Assembly: GCA_951406725.2 (NCBI GenBank)
Contig: OX597815.1
Coordinates: 42,718,001 to 42,782,000 of the forward strand
DNA length: 64,000 nucleotides
Direction of reading: 5' to 3'
From: Octopus vulgaris
Taxonomy: Eukaryota
The translations under genes and the position numbers were made by a program. The notes beneath the pieces are model-generated. The model was not told where the DNA came from, did no database searches, and worked only from the letters and a program-made list of their open reading frames with translations. This document shows, piece by piece, positions 25,217-37,924 of the stretch (position 1 is its first letter; each line of letters begins with the position of its first letter).

Positions 25217-26850
25217 TCCATTTGACAAGAACTGTTTTTGTTTCCATTTTGAAAAGCAAATTATAATTTCATTGAAAACTGGAATTCTGACAGGAAACTT
25301 TGCCTATAATATTCTCTCGTTTGTACGGATTGGAACGATAAGCAAATACTTGCTCTGTGCACGTAATTATTCCTGAACAGATTAAAAATAAAACTCAACA
25401 TACAGAGCTGATTTTCTCTTGAAAGTGACACATTGAAGTATATGTTTTTAAACGTTTTGTATTATTTTGTAGATTGCTAGATCGGCTGTATTTTTCATCA
25501 ACTGGTTGATATATTTTTTATTTATTCATCTATTTCCACTAGAAAAATAATTTAAACATGTCTCAATTGTAGTTTGAATTTCTGGGTACTAAAAAAAACT
25601 ATTTTCAAATATTTCGTCACCGCTCAGGTGGTGTTGTATCACTTTCAATAATGTAATTCAGATACATGTGAATTATAATAAGTTTAAAGGGCTCACAACT
25701 TTTAATATTCAGGATTTCAGATTAGAAAGCAGACTTTATAAATACTTATTGCCAAAATTAATTCATTAAAAACTATATGAAAACATGTGATTTCCTTACC
25801 TTTATAAGTGGATACAATAGCAAATTTAATTATTTAAATACATTTCAGATCATATCAGGAATTGAAAGTTAAAGACATCGTTGAACTTTATCACTCATTA
25901 TCTGCAAGGAGCTCACAAAGTAAAGCTGCTCCAGTTTCCACCCTAGCGATGATAACATTTCTTTCTTTGTCTATTTATTTCTTCTGAAGCATTCTATCAA
26001 TTCCTGCCTTAAATTCATCCGCCGTTTTCACATCCAAACACACTACTAGAAGTGTTCTCAATCACTTACCAAACTGTGAGAAAAATGTATAAGTATTCTT
26101 CCACCAGCCAAATCCTGTTTCATTTTATTTAAATTTTACCTTTATAAACTGCAAGAGAGAAATATTTTTCTTAAAGAATTTAAACCCACTTATGCATGTC
26201 ATCCATGCAGAATCTCGGATAATTAATGTGGAATCCTATTATATTCAACTAGGTCTTTATAAAACACAATACAAAAGCGCTGCATTATGGGTGTCTTTCT
26301 ATTTTGGCTACTTATATAATCACTAACAATTTTGCTTAAAGCAATACTATTTTTTTAAGAGAAACACAGGTAATAATCTGAAAACATTAATTCTGAAGAC
26401 ACTGGCATTTTCTTTTATAATAAATGCATAAATTATGAAGAGAACAGCTGGAATCCACAGACATTTTCTATTTTACTTAGTTGGCCTTTTGCAGTTTATT
26501 TCTTAGATTCTATGTTAGTCGGGCGCAAATATAATTTTCTCAAAACATTACTGCACATTTGAACCCTGACACTACTTGTGTTTGTGGCAGGGATGTAGCA
26601 TTCGTCGACATTAAGAGAGTCAACAACCGGACATTCTGCTCATAAATTTCTTTTTTCCATTGTTTGATTTTCATCTTCATAATCTAATGACAGTCGAACA
26701 TCTTTCTTACTAACGGTGATTTTATACGACACAGTGTCAAAGGACAGACACATTGATATAAATTATACTTACAGACATTTGCAAATTTACTATGTGTACA
26801 CACAAAGAGAGAGACTGGGAAAGAATAAAGTATAACAATATGTGAATACA
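25217..26850 (+). other. Probable 3' UTR of the RASD-like gene
   Basis: About 1.6 kb free of microsatellites and SINEs after the stop codon; AATAAA at 25387-25392 and 26824-26829. The end is uncertain. Confidence 0.45.
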
Positions 26851-27159
26851 AAAATACAGATTCTCGCATAATTTACATGGACTCCAAGTATGAGAATTAG
26901 GTGTGGTATATTTTTCTAATACAGAACACAATCCAATAACTTTAACATTATGAACTCCCATAACGAGAGACTTTTTTCCTTAATGACGGAAATAATGGAA
27001 CTAATCCATTCCACCTTTACAGTTTACCACTGTTATACAATATTATTTTAATGTTAATATCATTATTATTATTTTTATGTTTTTGTTTCTTGAAATATTA
27101 TTTTCCAGTTCTATTTGATATTGTAACGGGGATGATGAACTTTTTTCTATAAGCTACCC

Positions 27160-27183
27160 AAATGAGGATGAGAATGCTGTTGT

Positions 27184-27229
<46 letters not shown>

Positions 27230-27365
27230 GATGATGATGATGATGATGATGATGAAGATGATGATGATGATGATGATGATGTTGAAGATGATGATGATGA
27301 TGAGGAGGAGGAGGATGAGAATGTTGTTGTTGTTGTTGATAATGATAATGATGATGATGATGATG
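27160..27365. repeat. (GAT)n compound trinucleotide repeat
   Basis: Direct reading; source of the poly-M/poly-I ORFs. Confidence 0.95.
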
Positions 27366-27740
27366 CGCTTACTGGTGGTGGTAATAGCTATGGCGTTGAT
27401 GACGACGGCAAGTGAACTACATTTCTTTGAGTTCACTAATGACAAATCCATCATCAGGTTTACAGCCTAGCTTGAACTTGGACAGTTTTATATATTAGTT
27501 GCAAGTAAAATAAAAAAATATTGTGGAGGTAAGAAGAATATCTTAATGGTATATTTAATAATCAATTATTGTCATTTATTAAAGAGTTTCATTATCAGTA
27601 GTTGTGTTTCGAATAATTATTTGCTGTTACTGGCACGAATATTAAGCATCGTTCAATCTCTCATTAAGTGGCAGGATACGAGCTTGGATTGTGTGAATGC
27701 GTATAAGACTGTGTGAGTGGAGAGAGTGTATATTACAGAG

Positions 27741-27765
27741 CACCACGTGAAAGTCGCACGTGGTG
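27741..27765. promoter_or_regulatory. Tandem E-box pair CACGTG-N7-CACGTG
   Basis: caccacgtg aaagtcg cacgtggtg; E-boxes at 27744-27749 and 27757-27762. The motif is certain, its function is not. Confidence 0.35.
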
Positions 27766-30700
27766 ACTCCAGAGATAATTATTCCAGTCTCGTTAATCAT
27801 GAATATACTCTATTCAAATGAAACCTTTTGACAAGTTTCAAATTTTGCATAGCAACAGAGACGCTGATAAAGTATATGTGGTTATAAAGTTCATTTCGCA
27901 ATGATGTGGGCCATCGCTAGATGTGTTGCATCTTAAGGAAATATCTTCTACCATAATTGGGGTCGAAGTCTTCTGAACGAACTTTATTAGATGCATGTGT
28001 ATGTGTGTGTATGTGTGTGTGTGGGGGGTATATGCGGGTGTGCGTGTACGTGTGAAAGTATGTTAAATAGACGGCACTTGATCTTGAGGGGAAAATTTAA
28101 TCTTATGATATATGGGATAAAACCTATGGCCTGAAGGAGCGTAAATGCTGAGTAAAGCTTCTCTTGAAGTCATTGGCTGTGAGACCTGTAAACTTCCTTG
28201 GATTACCACCAACGAATTGAAATTACATATACGAATTCACACACACACACACACCCTCTGTCTATCTGTCTCTCACAGAAAGAGAGAGCAAGAAAGAGAT
28301 AGACAGACAGACAGGCAGAGGGAGAGAGTGAGAAAGAGAGAGAGAGGGAGAGAGAGGGAGAGAGAGAGAGAATCACATACATATATCGTAAAATCGTATC
28401 TGGGTATGAATCCCGGTCAGTTTTCGGTAGTCTTTGGTTAAGACTGTAGGTATATATAATTTTTTTTTCTGTTAGAGCAATCAGCAGCTTATGATACAAC
28501 CGTTAGTCGTAGCAGACTTACCCATTAGCAGTCAGAAGCTAGCCAGCAGTGGCTCTTCCTGTAACAGTCCACTGGCAGTCGATATTAGCTATTCCACTCT
28601 ATGATATAAATCAACCGATGAGAAGGAGTTTCATTTATCCAGTGGTAACAAGCCTTATTTGGAACTTCTGGAAAGCTTGTTACTCAGTTACTCAGAACTA
28701 AGCATTCGTATACATAAATATATACAAATCCACACATACACACACTCTCTCTCTCTCTCTCTCTCTGTCTATCTATCTGTTTGTCTCTCACAGAAAGAGA
28801 GAGGGAGAGAGAGAGAGAGTGAAAGAGAAAGCCCAGATATATATACATATATAGAACCACAGATTGTTTTAGAATGCATTGTATGAAAGTGCATGGGGTG
28901 TAAAGCATAGAACCGCATAGTAATACCAGTGTTATTGTATATATATATATATATATTTATTAATATGTTAAATTTTCAGTGTGTCATTATTCAATTCTAT
29001 GCTAACCAGAGAGAATAATAGGATGATTACCTTTACTTACTATCAAACCTGGTGCATAATTTTAAAACTCTAAAGTTATTCCCTATGTGTATACATTTGC
29101 GTGTGTGTGTGTATGTATATATATATATATATACATTTACACACATACAGATAGATACGCACACTCACACACACATACATATCTGTATGCGTATGTGTGT
29201 AGTTAACGATGTCTGCACCAATTTGTATGCATATGAATATATTTCAATATACATTGTGTAGTGTAGGTCATACATGCAAATTCTGTATACGTTCTTACAT
29301 TTGCATATGCTAATCCCTATCATTTTGGCAATGTTCAAACTGACTCTAATCCATGAATTACTTAAATTTGAATTAGCTGAAAATTAAACCAAACTCTGCC
29401 AGAAGTTATAACATCGTCTCTTCTGCTAATGAGTGATTTGCCTAGAAATTCTATCTCATTCGTATAACTGATTTACAGACATTTCGTTAATAGCTTTATG
29501 TCAGAGCTGATTGATCAAACCTGCCAACAAATAGTTTCGAACCGTTACCAACCCGTAATATATTCCAGATACAGTGTAACTACAATTACTTTGTTGAGTA
29601 GGTAGTTCTTTTTGTTTAAGGTTACGGTGTGATCTGACAATTATTCGGCGGTTAGTTCTTGGAGAAATACAAGTTTCATCGTTTTGATTCAATAAAAGTA
29701 TATATTGTTGATAATTTTGCTGTCGTCACTTTCGCATTTAATTCTTCATTTAATTTGATTTAAAATTACCCTGATAAATTATTGCAGCATCCATATCAGC
29801 TTGATAATGAAATTCTGCAAATCATTTTAAACCGTTTGAATACCTCCAAATTTACAGAAGTGATAAAAGGATATTGTGTAATTTTGATGGAAGAACTTCA
29901 GTGACTTCAAGGGAAATGTATTTTATTGGGAATATAAACTAGGGCATTCATTTAATTTATCGGAAGCTTCGAGCATTCCTCGGTAGTGACGGATTGGATC
30001 ACTTAGGAGTCCGTTTCATGACTCGTTTCATCAGTTGGGAACAGCCTCTATTAAAGATGAATGCCCCACCTTAGTATTCCTTAGACTCTGAACTATATTA
30101 TCAATAAACTGTATAAAAATCGCTTCAATGATGAAATAAATTAGGAAGCTATGATTGAAGAATGCACTAAATTAGAATATAAATGTGTTTTCCACAAAGA
30201 GATGTTGTCAATTTTAGTAACACATTATCAGATATATTTCTTCATACGGATAGCACATAATCAATTTTCTTTCTAGGCTTTTAGAGTTTTATCTTCATTT
30301 TATTAATATTTGAAGTGTATTATGATTTAGCTTTCAAACTTGATAGTAAGAAATCAATTTATCAGATGTTAGCTATAAATGAAGTAGATATATTAATAAT
30401 GCAAAAGTCAATAGGTTTATTGGCATCGAAAATAAATATTTCTAAAGTGAAACAAAACCCCAAACAACAAGCTGACTAACTTTTTGCTTTGTACTTTCAA
30501 GGCTGGTACAAGAAGAGATTACTGCTAATGAATACCACCAAAAGTAATTTTATATATTGTTTTGTATTCAATCAAAAGTTATGCTGTTTTGTATTCAGTC
30601 CTTTCAGATGCTGGCAACATAGTTGGAAAAAATCCGAGAAATAAATAGGAAGAAAGGGATAAGGAAGAGAGGAATTATTATATTCGTTGTATCTATGACA

Positions 30701-31344
30701 TAAAGGTATTCTCTTAGATACAAGGGATTTCATATTTATAACTACTTTTCATGTTTTTCAGGTGCATATTACATGTTCACGCATATATACATACATTCCA
30801 TATTTATCTATGTAAATGTGCGGGTGTGAAGAGTGCACAAAGATAATCAGAGTACTGAGTACATAATATAGAATGAAATATTTAATAATGTTAGTAATTT
30901 CACTTACTCGTTGACGCGAATAAGTTAAGAGAGAAGACTAAACTCGTTGCATACTAGTTTGGGACCGAATTACATCACTTGAGCTGGCTAAAATTAACAA
31001 GGTGGAAGAATACAATAGATATTGCTATTGTATCTAGTTGGGAGATAATTCATTATATTCAACTGTTGAATTATATTCAACTGTTGAGAAGGGAAATCGG
31101 ATGGGAAAAAGTATAAGGAATAAAGCCTAAGCTTTATAATAACACTAAGGAAAGTATAAAAGTTAGAGTTGAACTCAGTTGATATAAATGTATATTCAAA
31201 GTATATATTATTAAGTAAAATATCTAGTAGTGTTAGTAATTCCGGTTACAAGTGCACCAGAATTAGATATATTCGTTAAATATAGTTTTAGGGCGAGATT
31301 TGTCCCATGGGCTAGCTAATAATAGCATAGTTGAAGAGTTGGGA

Positions 31345-31681
31345 TACAATGGTACAATAGCAACTGTGCACTATTCAATCTGAGATCAGAAGTCATTGAT
31401 ATACGTCGTCCTTGCGATAAATATTTGCTAAAAAACTGATTTCATATAGTTAAGAATCTTGATATAATTGGATTGGAAGCAATCCATTATATTAAATAGC
31501 TACAGCTAAGAGAGAGGAGGTCGGTTGGGAAAAATTTTTATCAGGGCTCTTAACTATATGAAATCATGACTTATCAGTTTTTTTAGCAAATATTTATCGC
31601 CGGGACGACGTATGTTAATCATTTCTGATCTCAGATTGAATAGTGTGCAGTTGTTTTCGTCTCTTTTTGTACCATTTTGTA
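31345..31681. repeat. Imperfect long inverted repeat (foldback/MITE-like)
   Basis: 31345-31465 is the reverse complement of about 31538-31681 (e.g. ctattcaatctgagatcagaa / ttctgatctcagattgaatag), with a ~70-bp spacer. Confidence 0.85.
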
Positions 31682-33576
31682 TAATTTATATATTCCGATG
31701 GTCACAAACTTTCTGGTGAGTGTTGCAACGCATTTTTTGAGGTCCAAAACATAATTAGTTTTCTTATATTCCGATTTTTTATGCTCCTAAAGAAAGAATT
31801 GTGGTTGAAGTGTCTTTGAATTTACCTTCACGATACCTATATTATATCTATACACTATGTTTAAACTTGCTTTCGGTATTGATATCAAGCGGTTGCTAAT
31901 TACTTCTATAGTGCTTCAACGAATACAAACATGCATTTATATTGTGGCATATGCAGATATCATTAGCAGTTATTTTTGTGGGATTACTCGTTATTTAGCT
32001 TTTTTTATATTTGTAGTAGAGCTATGATTGAGTTTTAGTTTTATTTATTGCTTAATATCCTACATTAGCGAGTAAGAGGCGGAAGCTGTTTCAAAGCTAG
32101 GAAATCTTTAAGTATGTTAAATGTAATCTTTAATAATAAAAAAAGTTATATGGCAAATAATATTGTAGCTAGTTTCCTTGTTAGCGTATGGTGGAGTGCT
32201 TAGCAGTGCACTTAATATCATCTTTGAATTCACTAGTTTTCAGTGCTTTATCACATTAGGATGCACGTTTGAAGAAAATTTCTTCATTCGATATTAGTTC
32301 TGAGATTTTTCTGCTAATATTGTTTAGGCTTTTGAAAACCATTTAATACTTCACAACGTTTCCTTTGCTTTATTTGAAAGTGTAAATTTTGGGGTTATTT
32401 CTTAATAAGTTGAAATTTATGTAGGTTTTGTGATACATTTATATTCTTATTTGTGCATCATATATCTAAAGAGTCGCATTAAAAATTCTATGTGCTTGAT
32501 TGTTGCAGGCAGTTCTTATTCTCTAACCTGAAGTAACATCTGAATAGCTGTATCACAGAAGAAAGCCGTCCATCGCATGAGTTTGACTACAACTTCCTAG
32601 TCTCCCTCTCCTTTTCCTTCTCCTTCTAGCTGTACAATATATCTATATTTGCAGGTGTGTTACTTTAACATGTGTTTCCGTGTGAGTGAATAACTAATTT
32701 ATTCCTACCAGTTCATAGAAACATGTTAAAATGAACCATGAATTCAAACCTGAATTTCGAATTCTGAAATTTGTTTCGGCGACACAGTAATTTTAAATTG
32801 TCACTCTATAACTTCTAAAATTTTTGAAATTCAAAAGCACAGCGGAGTAGCATAAACTAGTTTTACTTTCAATTAATAGATATACATGGATCAAATCCAA
32901 TGAGTTAATCACCTTACAAAATACACAAATTTGCGCCAGTGTAAGATATGAATATTTTCAAACCTTCCAAGCAAGAATTATTATATGCTTTCGATTAATT
33001 TTGATTCAAATATAGTTATACTGCATAGGAAAGAAAATTTCACTCACACATAAAAGCAAATCAAAAAAGAATGAATGTTATATAATTTCATCTCCTTATC
33101 TGTTAAATTTGTGGATTTATTCTAGTAGCAAATCAATATTGTCTAAAATCATAAAACATCGCTACAGGCAACGGTATTAAGTTTGAGAGTATTTGCTTTT
33201 TTCCTTATTTTAAAACAATCCAGTAGTGTTCATCAAAATATCAGATTAAAGTGAAACTGAATTCTTTTCCAAGAACTGTCTCATACACCGGATTTAAAGA
33301 CTCTACTGTCTGCCAGTGTATTTGTGTGTGTATATCTGTGTGTACGTGTGTGTGTGTGTGCACGCGTATTTGTGTGTGTGTTAGTGAGTGTGTGTTTTAT
33401 GTGTGTGTTAAATATCTATATATGTGTATGTATATATGTGTGTATTGGCGTATTCGTATGCATATAGGTATTAATTTCATTCAACAAAGAGCTTTTACAG
33501 GAATTGTATTTATTCCAATCTATTATCTCCACCATCACATCAATCAAGATCATCATCACCATCATCATCGTCGAGG

Positions 33577-33608
<32 letters not shown>

Positions 33609-34908
33609 GACAGTAGTAGTTTTTGTCGGTGAATTAATACGTAATTAAAGTTTCAAGTCTACAATAACAAGCCTTATTATTTGCAGCATAAGTTATACTA
33701 GAATTAAAGTTATCACAATTACCAGATTTTGTTTTCGAAACACATAAGCAGCAACGTTAGATCCTTCTTGAGCAAATACGTAAACAATTTTGAGATTAGC
33801 GTGAGGAGGAACAAAACTTTTCGATTTTATATTGAATAAATCCTCCTTACTTTTATACAGAGTGTATAAATAAGATTGTGACTGAACGACTATAAGACAT
33901 TCTATATGATAGTCGTGAACCACATCCCCGGTGATCATACAACTGTAGGTATTAGAGATGGTATATTACAATCTTCTGAACATCAGGACAACATTTTCCA
34001 GCTAACCTCGATTATAAGTTTGAATTTAAATAAACAACTATTAATATATTGTTAATTAATATCTCTCAAAACTTAATTATAGTTTAAACTGTTTGTACCT
34101 TTAAACAAATAAATACTGTATTTTAAACTTTGAAGTGTCACTACCAGAAATCTTTATTTCGAAGATGTAAATACCAAAAATCAACTGAGAAAATTTGGAA
34201 GAAAAATAATTGTTTTAATAGTTATTGTGATAAATTACTTTTGCTTGGTTTTTGAGGATCACCAGAGATTATTCAAAGAAATGTGGAACAATTAATTTAC
34301 CATTATTTTCTCCTGAAAAAAAGTTGGTTACTAACATGTTTATATATTTGTATTATAAAATGTTTTTACTTTTTCAATTATATTATTATTTTTAATAAAC
34401 GTAATCTAAACAATTTATGGCTTTACAAAACAAAATCAACAACACAATAGAAGCGCATAATATTTCTTTGTTAATAACTACAGACAGTACAAACATATCT
34501 TAAAGAGTATCTCAAAATACTATAATCACAAAAATTCAATATGCAGCATAATGAAGTACGTTGAATTTGTTTTGTAAACACAATGTTAGCATGTTATAAA
34601 GACATGAACACATAAGCCCATCATACAAATTAATTACACAATATCAACATAATATATATTACAATATATGTTTATGTCACACAAACAGAAACAATATTCA
34701 ATTATAAATACTAATGAACAGTAAACAATAATCAATACAGAACCACCAATATATTATCAGTATAATTAACAACTGAAAGGTATTTGACAACTGATACAGA
34801 CGATACGATTCACTATCAACTTTTCGCATATCTTCACTAACCAAAGATTAGATTATCAAATATTGTAGGCGGAAGAAATACGGATAACGCTAAAAGTATC
34901 TTAGATGA

Positions 34909-34950
<42 letters not shown>

Positions 34951-34952
<2 letters not shown>

Positions 34953-35143
34953 AATTAAGGACTGAACACGAAAAGTGGACAGTCAACATGCTAGATATAG
35001 ACGTCAAATCGTCATTCTCCACAAAAGATTATGTTCTCAGATCAAAGTTTGATCTGAGAACATAATCTTTTGTGGAGAATGACGATTTGACGTCTATATC
35101 TAGCATGTTGACTGTCCACTTTTCGTGTTCAGTCCTTAATTGG
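34951..35143. repeat. Perfect palindrome, 96-bp arms with a 1-nt centre, inside (TA)n
   Basis: 34951-35046 is the exact reverse complement of 35048-35143 (ccaattaagg...atcaaa G tttgat...ccttaattgg). Confidence 0.95.
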
Positions 35144-35411
35144 TATATATATAAATATTTTAATCTTCGGATTCTTTTTTAATATGCTAGACCACTGGTC
35201 TTAATTGATAAATATCAATTTCTACCCTTAATTAATTTTATATATATATATATATATATAATTAACAACTTAAAGCTATTTGACAACTGACATACATGAT
35301 ACATGATACGCTTCAGTATTCACTTTCCTTATATCATCACTAATCAAAGATTAGATTATCAAATATTGTAAGCAGAAGAAATACGTATAACACTAAGAGT
35401 ATCTCAAATGA

Positions 35412-35450
<39 letters not shown>

Positions 35451-36684
35451 TAGTAGTGGAGCCGTCAGTTATCAGATGAGCTATTCATAATATTGACAAC
35501 TCTTCTCCTGATAGGTTAATCTGATAACGTGATGCTGTTTCCACATCTTTATCACTCTGAAAGATTTCATTACTACTAAAATCTGCTTACTGATATTATA
35601 CTGGCTAAAAGTTCAATAATATGAGTCAAATATCTTTAATTTGAATATGTATTTCTCATATAAACAATTATCCCACTCGTGTCAAAGGAAAATTTAACCT
35701 GAATATTTTAATATTTTGAGGCTGTATATAATAATTTGTCTATAGTACATGAAATTTTGCTTGCAAAGCTATGAAAAATGTATATATTGTTTGATTTACA
35801 AAGATGAGATTTAATTATACATAAACTCATATATGTCAACATATTGAAACACATTTGTCACTTTAACTAAACACAGCAGTCAAAGATGAAACAAATACGT
35901 GATTACAAATATTATTGTATAAATGCGGTCACGCGTTTATTTATACCGACGGACACACATGAAAATGTGCATAAAAAAATCTACATTCCCAAACAAAATG
36001 TAAATATATTTAACCTCAGAAATTGATTGTATAAAACTTAAAGAATAGAATTTTGGACATTTTTGCTTTTCTTATAAAAGTTGGGGGTTTGTTTATGTTT
36101 TTACGAAAAACTTTGATCAAGTATTACATATTCTTTCAAAATTGTGATTTAATCGTTTTAAAGTTTTTTCTTCTGTGAATAATATTGAATTTATCTTCCT
36201 CTGAATTATGTATTGTATTTTAAATATATTGAAATAGAATCGTTAACAAAGGAGAGAGTTAAAACTTAGAAATTTGTGTCACTGGACATTTCCATTTGAT
36301 AATCAACTTTCATAAACTTCCGGACGTGAGAATGGCTTTGCGGACAAGGGAAAGCGATATAAAACTAAAAGTTTAGGTAAAAATAATGGAATTCATCTGG
36401 TAAAGAAATTAGCCGAGTTTTTAAATGATAGTCTGATAATATTATCAATCAAAAGTATTTTAAAAAATTGGCATTACACACCAATAAGGAAATAAGAAAT
36501 GTATATCATAAATTCAATTCCAGCATCGTTAAAAAAATACGTGAGTTATAGAGAGTAAGAAAAATTCTTTAGTATGAAAAAGTTTGATGTGAGGTTCTTA
36601 TACAATTTCAGTCCATTCCAACAGAAAACCTCAAATAGATGTACATTGGTACATAGTACCTATATATATATATAAATATGTATG

Positions 36685-36718
<34 letters not shown>

Positions 36719-36720
36719 TG

Positions 36721-36824
<104 letters not shown>

Positions 36825-37794
36825 CAGATAGATAGATATATGTATACAGACACACACACACACGCACACACACACACATATATATCTATATAATTCAGTA
36901 ATTCAGTATAGCTAAGTTGTAATAATGTGTAAAAATAGTGACAATTGGCGTCTACAAATCTTACAATAACTTTGCACTATCATTCAAATATGATTTCAAT
37001 TGAAGCTGTTAACCTTTTTCTGCTATGCTATTTTTACGGGTATGCCATCAAGTGCAAATTTTTTCCAATCTAGTTATGTCAAGATGTTTACCCAACACAT
37101 AGAAATATGTTTTAAGAAAAATAAAATTTGTTGATTTATATTTTATATAAATTTCATATTACCTTAAATTATGGCTTTTGACTAAAACTTTAGCAAAATT
37201 ATTTTTTTATTCGTTAGAATGCTTCTTTTAGCAGAAATCAATTTATATTTGAATACTGAAAGATACAATAATGAATTTTAACAAAAAAAAAAAAAAAAAT
37301 TCACTGTTTGGCATTTCTGAGGATCATAGATGACAGCTAAACAGTAAATCTAGACACATTATCGATGTAGTCATATTGTTGATAACACATTTGAGTTTTA
37401 CTATAAAGCACTTACCGTAGATCATTAAATTTGAGTCAAATTGTGTATGGTGCTAAATGAAATTGTAAAATTATTTTTGTGCTTTTGTTGGAATTTAAAA
37501 TTATACAATGTGATCTTTTAAAGAATTACATTCAAAAACATTTTTCATGAGCTTCTCTCCACTCTTGATGTACATATGTAATGGTTTTGAAAGTGTTAAC
37601 AAACTGTGCTTCATTATTGTATTATTTTCTATTATCACAAACTCTTAATTTACAGAAAAAATCTTTTGTCTAAGATGAGAATGATTTCATCATTAGTTGC
37701 ATTTCTTTAGGTAAAATAATCCATTTAGTTCACCTGTTCGAAATATAATCCCGACACAAATGAATTTACATGTTGCATCAGTCAGACATCTTTT

Positions 37795-37832
<38 letters not shown>

Positions 37833-37851
37833 CATACATACATATATATAT

Positions 37852-37924
<73 letters not shown>

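Noticed and set aside
33530-33610. His-rich peptide
   Set aside because: Translation of a (CAT)n repeat.
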